64,000 bases of DNA from the human T2T-CHM13v2.0 reference genome, Homo sapiens, in the NCBI RefSeq assembly GCF_009914755.1, contig NC_060925.1; one strand, written 5' to 3'. This document shows, one piece after another, positions 39,633 through 55,057 of this stretch. The stretch's first letter is position 1. Each line of letters starts with the position of its first letter. The position numbers and the translations under genes were made by a program. Under the pieces are notes generated by a model. The model had not been told where the DNA came from. It worked only from the letters and a program-made list of their open reading frames with translations, and did not search any database.

Positions 39633-39956
39633 CTCCGCGTCCACCACCTCGTGGTAGGCGGGCGGGGGGTCGAAGCCGCCCCCGCCTCCGGTGCTCCCGC
39701 CGCGGGAGGGGCCGCCGCCGCCGCCGTCACCTCCGCCGTCGCCCCGCGGGCCCCCGCCGGGCCCGGGGCTGGGGCCACCGCCGCTGTCCATGGGCTCGTA
39801 GCCGCCGTAGTCGAGGCCCGGCCGCTCGTTGGTGAGCAGTGCCACGGCCTCGTTAATGTCGTTCTTGGCCAGGCGCAGGGCCTTGCGGATGGTGGCGGGG
39901 TCTGAGAAGCCCATGCACAGCAGCGTGGTCATGTGCTGCTCCTCCTCCGATTCCAT
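39633..39956 (-). CDS. USP24: USP24 coding exon 1 (codons 1-108): N-terminal UBA-like domain and Gly-rich linker
   Basis: Translates MESEEEQHMTTLLCMGFSDPATIRKALRLAKNDINEAVALL...PPPAYHEVVDAE, recognised as the USP24 N-terminus (MGF loop of a UBA domain). Kozak gccATGG at 39956. Donor GAG|GTGAGG at 39632. 324 nt, phase 0. Confidence 0.97.
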
Positions 39957-40154
39957 GGCTTGGGCCTCCTGGCCGCCCCGGCCAGCGCACGGCGAAGCTA
40001 CGGGTCCCGGGCCTGGCGGGCCGCGCGGCGCACCCTCCGCGCCGCCTCCGCGCCCAGGTTGGCCCCTGCGTTCCTGCCCCGGGTGCTCCGCAGCAGCCGG
40101 GCCAGGCTGGGTGCGGGCTTGGGTCCTGCGAGCCGAGCTAGTGCGGTGAGGCGC

Positions 40155-40196
40155 TCAGGCGCGGCTGCGGCCCGGCCCAGCCCTGCGCGCCGCCAT
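40155..40196 (-). other. Upstream ORF MAARRAGPGRSRA* in the presumed USP24 5' leader
   Basis: ATG at 40196 in aacATGG context; TGA at 40157-40155; same frame as the main ORF. It is a uORF only if the TSS lies upstream of 40196. Confidence 0.6.
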
Positions 40197-40200
40197 GTTG
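40189..40200 (-). promoter_or_regulatory. TISU / YY1 element CAACATGGCGGC
   Basis: 12/12 match to the TISU consensus SAASATGGCGGC on the USP24 sense strand, 240 nt upstream of the main ATG. Confidence 0.75.
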
Positions 40201-40650
40201 GCCTCCTCCCCCTCCGCCTCCTCCTCCCCGGGCGGCGGGGCCGCGCCTCGGCTCCCGGAAGCGGCACGGGAGGCGACCGTGCTCGCCGTTGGCAGGCTAG
40301 GGTTGGCGGCGGCGTATTCTGTTTGTTTTAAACGAAGGAGCGGAGGGAGGGGCCGCGCCGCGGAGCGTGCCTAAGGTGAAAGGGCTGCCGTGCAGCCAGG
40401 CAGAGGCGAGGAAGGCTTCTCCATCGTCGCCACCGCCCGCCTGTTTCGCCGGCAACAGGTTCCCCCGGGACGGGAGGGGCCGCAGCGCCGCGCAGCTCGC
40501 AGCGCTGAACGTCGCCGAAATCCCTTGGCCGGCCGAGCCTCCGCAGCCGCGACCCGGCTTCTCTCCGTCCGAGTCCCCCGAGCCTCTCCGAACCCCCGTT
40601 GGACTTCCCCTCCCTGGCCGGCGCCGCCCGACCCGCTCCCCCATCCTAGA

Positions 40651-40660
40651 GGGAATTCCC
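40651..40660. promoter_or_regulatory. Palindromic NF-kB site GGGAATTCCC
   Basis: Perfect kB consensus inside a 12-bp palindrome, AGGGAATTCCCT (40650-40661), ~0.7 kb upstream of the USP24 ATG. Confidence 0.65.
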
Positions 40661-41303
40661 TGCGCCGCGGCTGTGAGGCACCTCCACCCCGGCCTGAAAT
40701 GCACCGCAGTCCTGAAGGAAATCCACCCTCATCCCACGCAGATTCACCCGCAACGCTGCCTGAATACGCCTCGCTGCCCACAGAAATTCCTGCCCAAACC
40801 AGACGCGTGGACCACCCAAGACGAAATTCACACTCGACCCTAGCCCCGCCAGCCCTTGCCGAAATCACCCTAAACCCGTTGAAATTAATTCCCAGCTGTC
40901 CGAATTTTCCTTCCAACATTAACTGACTACCTGTCTCCGCCAAGCTGACTGAACTCTACCGAACTCTTACCCTGAAAGCCCCTGAGAGTCCAAAATATAT
41001 TTTTCCAGCCCGAAATCTAAATCCCAGTTCTCTGTATGAAAACCTCCAGAAACCCAGACTCTTACTTCCTTCGGCCACGGACTCGTTCGAACATCGTGGA
41101 CATCACCTTCCCACTTTTTTACCGCAGTCTTTGGCTCCGATTCTTTGTCCCTGCCTCTTGGGCAGCATCCTATCCCTGTTTCTTTCCACCTTTGAGGATT
41201 CCTCTACCTCTTTAAAGGCCTGCTTTCTTTGCTTTCTCTTCTCACCTTTGGCATTGGCACACTGGGGTCATATCTTTAGTTCCCTTGACTCCACCATCTA
41301 AGC

Positions 41304-41480
41304 CAAGGGTGTCCAATCTTTTGGCTTCCCTGGGCTACATTGGAAGGAGAAAAATTGTCTTGGACCACATATAAAATATTCTAACGCTAATGGTAGCTGA
41401 TGAAACTTTTAAAAAATCTCATCATGTTTTAAGAAGTTTACGAATTTGTGCTGAGCCGCATTCAAAGCCGTCCTGGGCCT
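41304..41480 (+). mobile_element. MER30 (hAT)
   Basis: CAAGGGTGTCCAATCTTTTGGCTTCCCTGGGC...GCCGCATTCAAAGCCGTCCTGGGCC. Confidence 0.8.
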
Positions 41481-43463
41481 AAGTCCTTGCTATTTTTCCT
41501 CTTCAATTTCCTTCAATCCATAGTTCTCTAGGTTATTTTCCCACCCTTTCCCAAGATTCGGATATCCCTTCATTCTTGCTGAGTTCATCTCCTATGCCTA
41601 TTCCTACATACTTGCTGAGTTCATCTTCTAATGTCCTCATCCTGGTTTCTTCCTGAACCTGAAATCCAGCTAACCTTACTTTTTCATCCCATCAAACCCC
41701 TGCTGTTGCCAGCCCAGCACTCACGAAGATCTTTACATACACCAAATATTAAATTAGGGCCGGTACCTAGACATTGTCTCTGCACTCTGCTGGCATATTT
41801 TCCCCTGGACCACGAACCCTTCGTACCTAGTAACTTGCCACCTGTGTTTATAAATACCAGCAATTTGATTTACAGGGTGAATTTGTCACTATTGTTTACT
41901 TTTAAATGAAGTTACTGTATTTGTTGTTTCCATTAAAGGCGACATTATAAAGCCTAGGCCTCATATCCAAAGCAAATAAAGTCTCAATTTTTTAATTAAA
42001 AGTAACAAAAGGAAACCTCACACTTCTGAACAACAATGACAAGAAGGAATGCCTATAATTGGTTTGGGTCACAATGTACATATTGAAATAAAATTTTTAT
42101 TAAGTATCAACTTCCAGGTACACAATGAAGTTTTAAATGTTTATCTGTGACATATGAAGAACAAAGCAATCTAAACTGATGTAAGCAGGCTGTCATAAGG
42201 TACATGCTGAGGAATTTATTCAACAAATTGAATAAATTTATTCAATAAATAAATAATTATTCAATAAATAATATATTTAATAAATTTAATAAATAGAATA
42301 AAAATGATTCTATTTACTGGGTGCCAGGTACTATTCTTCGCACAGACAAAAATTAGATGATGGCAAAGTGAGGGCATTCAATTCTGCCCTGTGTTTGAAG
42401 AGTTAATTACTAAGAAATGAATTACAAGGAGAGAGGAAGTAACAAGTAACAAAAAAATTGTTTGCCACTAAAATTTGAGGTAGAACCTAAAAGGTCATGA
42501 AAGAGCCGACTGAATCAGATGGCACGTTAAAAGACTCATCAACGGTGGCAGGTTTATAGAACATGACAGAGGAAGCTGTGCTTAGCTGAGAAGAGGAAGC
42601 AGAGAAGGAAGCAGAGAAAAACAAAGTCTGTGATAAAAACTGGAAAGGAGCCACAAAAGGCCACAAAAAACAAGGAAGTCCATTTTGGAACCGGATCCTG
42701 GAGTGACTGAAAAGGCAGAGTGTCATTTGAGGATGCGAGTAGTATAATCATACTTTTTTGCATGGAAGAAAGCAAGTGAGTACTTTAAACTGTGGAATTG
42801 GGATAGCAGGGGTGGGGCCTATGATATGAATATTCATACTTTTCATTTACATTTTTATTTTTATTGCAGTAAAATCTAGAAAATGTTGAGAGGATTTTTA
42901 AAAATTTAAATTACATTCAATTCCCATACATCTTTCTCTAGAAAGGTTCTAAAGGAAAAGAAAAAAATAGCTACATAGAGAAGTAAGGTATGATGAACTA
43001 TCTTGAAGACTGAGGGTTTTCTACTGTTAATAAGTAAGTTTTCAAATTATAGATTGAATATCTACTTTGAGCCAGGCTGAGGACTAGGGAGACAATTGTG
43101 AGAAAAACATTACACAATTTCTACCCCTTTGGATCTTACTGTCTATAATAAAGGGAAATAGACAAATAATAGTCATAAAGCATGATAGACGCTTTGATGG
43201 GGGAATTTCAGGATATAAGGGGCAAATTTCTGCCCTCTGTGGGGGTAATTACCAAGTCTAGGAAAACTGAAAATTTTCCCAGAGAAGACGACGTTCAAAC
43301 TATAATCTGACGTAAGGTTGGAAAGCCAGGAAAAGGAATATGAAATGAAGGGAGAAAGTTCCAAAGAACGGGAACAACATGTGCAAAGGTCCTGTTGTGG
43401 GTGAGAATAAAGCAATTTGGAGGAATTAAAAGCCAGTGGAGTATAGAATTCTAGAGAGATATG

Positions 43464-45481
<2,018 letters not shown>

Positions 45482-45759
45482 GTAGTGAGAAAAGAAGCTA
45501 GGAAGGTGGACAGACACCAGTTCCAAGAGGGCCGCTCAAACTGTAATAAGGAAATTGAACTTTATTCTGAGGGAATGAGAAGTCACAGTAACATTTATGC
45601 AGAGGACGGAAGTGATGCTACTTAAACTGTAGAAAGATCAACCTAACTGCAGTTTGGAGAATGGTTTAGAAGGGAGGAAAAGTGAAGGTGGAGAACCCAG
45701 TAAGGAGACAAAACCAATTAGCCTTCCTAGGTAACCACTTTGGAATGAAAAGTTGAATG

Positions 45760-47090
<1,331 letters not shown>

Positions 47091-47113
47091 AATACATATA
47101 ATAAGCAACTTAA

Positions 47114-48930
47114 GTCCTGCTGTGCCTCCTCACTGGCCACGCTCCTTCCAGGCACCAGCTTCTCTGAGCCACCAACCTGTGGCTGCCCTGGCCCACCTGC
47201 GCCTCTGGCAGCACCATGACAGATCAGGTCTTTGTGACACTGACCACAAATGATGCCTACACCAAAGGTGCCCTGGTCCTGGGCTCATCTCTGAAACAGC
47301 ACAGGACCACCAGAAGACTAGTCATGCTCGCCACCCCGCAGGTCTCAGACTCCATGAGAAAAGTTTTAGAGACAGTCTTTGATGAAATCATCGTGGTAGA
47401 TGTCTTGGACAGTGGTGATTCTGCTCATCTAACCTTAATGAAGAGGCCAGAGTTGGGTGTCAGGCTGACAAAGCTCCACTGCTGGTCACTTACATAGTAT
47501 TCAAAATGTGTATTCATGGGTGCAGATACTCTGGTCCTAGCAAATATTGATGATCTTTTTGAGACAGAAGAATTGTCAGCAGCACCTGACCCAGGGTGGC
47601 CTGACTGCTTCAATTCTGAATTTATCAGCCTTCAGTTGAAACATATAATCAGCTGTTGCATCTTGCTTCTGAGCAAGGTAGTTTTGATGGTGGAGAACAA
47701 GGCATACGGAACACATTTTTTCGCAGCTGGGCAACAACAGATATCAGAAAACACCTGCCATTTATTTATAGCCTAAGCTGCATCTCTATATAGTCCTACC
47801 TCCCAGCATTTAAAGTGTTTGGTGCAAGTGCCAAAGTTGTGCATTTCCTGGGACAAGTCAAACCATGGAATTATACTTATGATCCCAAAACAAAAAGTGT
47901 CAAAAATGAGTCCCACCATCCCAACGTGACTCATCCAGAGTTTCTCATCCTATGGTGGAACATCTTTACCACCACCGTTTTACCTCTGCTTCAACAATTT
48001 GGCCTTGTCAAAGACACCTTCTCATACGTAAATGTGGAAAATGTCTCAGGAGCCATATCACATCTGTCCCTTGGGGGGATCCCAGCTATGGCACAGTCTG
48101 TGTATCCTCAGAAGAATGGAAGGAGCGGTGGGAACAGGGCTAGACCGATTATATGGGAGCAGATTCCTTTGACAACATCAAGAGGAAGCTTGACACTTAC
48201 CTCCAGTAGAAACACTGCATTTTCCTGTGGACACATCCACTTCACAAGCCTTGTTTCTGATACTTAGTATCTAGAGCTGGGTTGAGAAAAGTCTGTTATG
48301 GTTGCTAGAGATTTTCACAAAAACTTATCAGATGAGAGGTTTTTGTAGGACAACAGGTGAGAACTGGGCAAAAGTTGTGAAGCAGCAATTCCGTTGTTAC
48401 ATGGACAGTGTTTTGCTTTTTAATCCTGTTTAGCTTGTTTCAGAAATTCTCACTTTTGTTGACTGCCAACATACAAAGTAGGGGAAACTCAATATTAAGC
48501 TGTTAAGATGGCTGCATCAATTCTTAAAATCTGCAGAGCCTGGTTCCAAATCAGTCACTCCCTTCAGAAGCAGACATGGCATCTGATCCTTGCTTGCTTG
48601 CTGGTTGTACCTACCTTTCACTAGACCTGCATTTTGGAATTGCCCAGTGCTGCCAGAGTGAGTGATTGTAATTCTGTTTTCAGGTAAAGATAGCTTATAT
48701 TAACACTGCTGAGTGATTCATAAACGTATCAACAAATAGCATTAACCCGTTTTATTTCCTGGTCTTAGTGTCTGAAGATGTTCACCAGTTTTCTATGTAC
48801 AGTAAGGCAGCATGCTAAAATGCTTTTGTTCAGTCTGTATATTTGAAAATAGCAAGGTGTTCTCTGATGGTTACCTGCAGTGGAACCCTGTATGAAAAAT
48901 AAAGACTTACTGCCATAAAAAATAAAAAAT
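47114..48930 (+). pseudogene. GYG1P3: Processed glycogenin-1 pseudogene (probably GYG1P3)
   Basis: Intronless copy of the GYG1 mRNA: 5'UTR, ATG 47216 ([15 protein letters not shown]...), former stop at 48207-48209 (...KRKLDTYLQ*), 3'UTR, AATAAA at 48898, A-tail. TSD AAGCAACTTAA at 47103-47113 and 49167-49177. Premature TAGs at 47495, 47791 and 48141; frameshifts near 47620 and 48100. The P3 suffix is recalled from locus context. Confidence 0.95.
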
Positions 48931-48936
48931 AAGCAA

Positions 48937-49168
48937 ACTTTGGGAGGCCAAGGTGGGTGGATCACAAGGTCAGGAGTTCGAGACCAGCCTGGCAAATATG
49001 GTAACACCCTGTCTCTAATACAAAAATCAGCCGGGCGTGGTGGCGCACGCCTGTATTCCCAGCTACTCGGAATCTGGGAGGCAGAGGTTGCAGTGAGCTG
49101 ACATCGTGCCACTGCACTCCAGCTTGGGCAACACATAAGACTCCGCCTCAAAAAAAAAAAAAAAAAAA
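48937..49168 (+). mobile_element. 5'-truncated, internally deleted AluS at the 3' junction of the GYG1 retrocopy
   Basis: Starts at ACTTTGGGAGG, lacks the GAGGCTGAGGCAGGAG segment of the right arm, ends in poly-A. Confidence 0.9.
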
Positions 49169-49289
49169 GCAACTTAATTCAATCAGGGATTAGGAGGGTT
49201 TCTGTGGGTTTCTGGACCTCAGTCTTTGTGAGGGCTAGTCTATTTTTGGCCCATCTTACTTGTAGGATTCTTTAGGGTTCCCAACTGGT

Positions 49290-49950
49290 TTAGTTGTTCA
49301 TTGCTGTATCTCAAACCACTTCAATATTTGTGGCTTAAAACAATAGTGATTTCTGGCAATTATCTGGGTCGACTGAACAGTTCTTCATTTGGTATTGGCT
49401 GGGATCATTCGTAAAGCTGCATTCAGCTGGGCACTTGGCTGGGGCATTTTAGTAAGTTTTCACATGGCATCTCTATACAATATTCCATCCCCGAGGGCCT
49501 CTCCACATGGCCTATTTCTCCACTGGGATAACCTTGACTTAAGCATGGAGGCTAGATTCTAACAGGGAGAAATCCAAAAGTACAAGTCCCAGTGAGCAAG
49601 TTCATATTTAATCTTTGTTTGTTTCACCTTTACTAATGTACTATTGATAAAAACAAATCACATAAGCCAGATGCAGTGGTGTACACCTGTACTCTCACCT
49701 ACTCAGGAGGCTGAGACAGGAGGGTTGCTTGAGGCCAGGAGATTGAGGAGGGAGTGTGCTATGATCACACCTGTGAATACTGCACTCCAGCCTGGGCAAT
49801 GTAGCCAGACCCCCATCTCTCAAGACACAAACAAAAGAAAACAAATTATATGGCTAAGCCCGAAACCAATGTGAAGAGGACCACCCATAGGCATAAATCC
49901 TGGAAGGTTTGGTTCACTAGCAGCCAGCTATGTAACATATTACCATATCA
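49290..49950 (-). mobile_element. Old MaLR (MLT1-type) LTR with an Alu monomer (~49665-49845,+)
   Basis: CATTGCTGTA...GTGGCTTAAAACAA...; the Alu monomer is flanked by AAAACAAAT(C/T)A(C/T)AT. Confidence 0.55.
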
Positions 49951-50477
49951 AATGAAATCCTATGGTGCTTACCAGAGTACCTCCTCTTTAATGGCTCCTG
50001 ATCTCCAATTCTTGTCATCTCAGCCCTGTAAGCTCTCTTCAGCTTTTGGGCTTCTCAGTTGCTGATTAGGAATCAGCAAAAACATTAAAGGAAAAGCAAT
50101 ACCAAATGATGGGTTCACCTCTCTGTACTTCCTTTCTCTTTGGGATTGGTCCTTTGAGTTCACGTTTTCTTAGAAACTTTCCAGTGCCTTCAAACTGGTA
50201 TTTCCTGTATTCTTCCCAGCTTTTCTAGTTGTTCTCAGTAGGAGGGATGGTCTTAAGCAAGCTGATCTGTATTGCTGGCTCACAGTGGCCAGGGGAGTAG
50301 AAAGAGCTCAAAGAGAAGTGACTGGTTGGGTCCCAGGACTTCTAGTCTCAGAAAATCCCTCAGTCTCTAGCAGGGCAGGGCAGAGGAGCCCCAGAACCAC
50401 CTTTCCTCAAAGTACTTTAGCCTATGCAAGCTTAGACTGTTGTCCTTTCACTGTTAACCAGTATTAACCAGTTAACC

Positions 50478-50560
50478 AGTTCTTCTGCAGACAAAAGCAT
50501 CAGGAAGTACCCACCATGTACCAGTGGGCCCTTCTTGATGCTCTTGATTGCAGAGGAGCC
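50478..50560 (+). ncRNA. MIR4422: miR-4422 precursor hairpin; mature 5' arm AAAAGCAUCAGGAAGUACCCA at 50493-50513
   Basis: 83-nt fold-back visible in the sequence (CTGCA/TGCAG, GCATCAGGAAG/CTTCTTGATGC, CCCAC/GTGGG). Sequence and position ~10 kb upstream of USP24 match the recalled miR-4422. Confidence 0.85.
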
Positions 50561-50849
50561 CTGCAACCTGAATAAATCCTCCTGGAAGGTAAGTGGGGGA
50601 GCCCTAATTAAAACTGTAATTCAATGTCTCGATATTTTGGCAAATGAAGGTTCAGGTGAGTTTTAATTAGTTTCAGAAAAAGCAAAGTAAAATGATATTT
50701 AATGTACTGGATTTTGATGGATACAAATCTATATCCATTATATACTATATGTTTGTTTTTTCTAAAAAAAAAAAAAAAAAAAAAGGCAACCAGAAAATTG
50801 TCATCAATGTTCATACCTTGAATACTCTAATTGAGTATTGACTTTTTTT

Positions 50850-52690
<1,841 letters not shown>

Positions 52691-52698
52691 AGCATAGT

Positions 52699-53766
<1,068 letters not shown>

Positions 53767-54718
53767 TAAGTTTCCCTGTCCCTTAGTAAAGACAGTATAT
53801 TCCTCAATGGAGAGTCATTTGAAATTTAATGTGGTATTGTCCTTCACTTAAGAAATAATGTGATTGATAATCTGACTGATCTAATGACAACCCAACATTA
53901 GCTTTTAGCTATTTTTCCAGCAGCAGCAGCAATGAGTTGTTCTCAGCCCCCATCACTAAGGCAGACCTATTTCCTGGGCACTGCAAATTGGTTCCACTGC
54001 CTCCACTTTGGAATACATTTTACTTATAGTAGTTGAGCTGGATTCATACCTGATAGTCCATAGCATTAAAAAATGCATGATATTGGATTGTCAAATAGAG
54101 AGGAGACATGGGAGTTAAGACCAAGGTTTTGACTACCAAACCCAGGACTTTTCCTTGATTCATTAGGCAATAGGCAACCATTAAATGTTTTGAGTCAGGG
54201 AATACCATGATTGAAGCTGTACTTTAAGAAGATTAAACTGGCATTAGTGCATTGGATATAAAAGATCAAATAAACAGCTGGGTGATGAGAATGAAAAGCA
54301 GCTTGCAGAAGTAAGGTAAATTCTGCAGGAGCTGGTAATTAGATTTGATGATCAAGGGAAAGGGAAGACTACTAGATTTTAAGACTGGGTAATTGAAACA
54401 ATACTGGTGGTATTTTCTGAAGTCAGAGTTCGACTAGAAGGAAAGGTGATGGCTTTGGCCTTAGATGAGTTGAGATTTAACTAGGAAAGTTTGCCTGCAG
54501 ACTTCCACAATCATATCCCATGCAAACAATTGGAAACAAAACAGCCAAAGCTAATAAGCATTTACAAGGAAAGGACACTGGGGCTATTTAATTTAGAAAG
54601 TGAAAAAAAATTAGCAAAAAAAGAGAAAGGTGAAAGGATCTATTTATTTCTCTGATGACCTAGTTCCTAGCCTTTAACTCAGCATACTGACCTACCCGTG
54701 ACACTATATGCCAGGTGA

Positions 54719-55057
<339 letters not shown>

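Larger units (their letters stand above)
39350..40900. promoter_or_regulatory. CpG island / TATA-less, probably bidirectional USP24 promoter
   Basis: Very high GC and CpG density around exon 1. GC boxes, ETS/GABP-type CCGGAAGC at 40255-40262, YY1-type CGCCATGTT at 40191-40199, RFX-like imperfect palindrome at ~40440-40459. The exact TSS cannot be read from sequence. Confidence 0.9.

Noticed and set aside
39534-40943. Several 90-190 aa overlapping ORFs on both strands of the CpG island
   Set aside because: Expected from stop-codon scarcity in GC-rich DNA; low-complexity Arg/Pro/Gly/Ala peptides, many with non-ATG starts and no recognisable domain.
41575-41626. CTTGCTGAGTTCATCT repeated with a 20-bp spacer (repeat-spacer-repeat look)
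   Set aside because: Only two copies, in a mammalian genome; an ordinary short duplication, not a CRISPR-like array.
47516-48267. Glycogenin-like ORFs of 86 and 150 aa as a functional gene
   Set aside because: They are fragments of a processed pseudogene separated by stops and frameshifts, with the catalytic DxD motif and Y195 lost.
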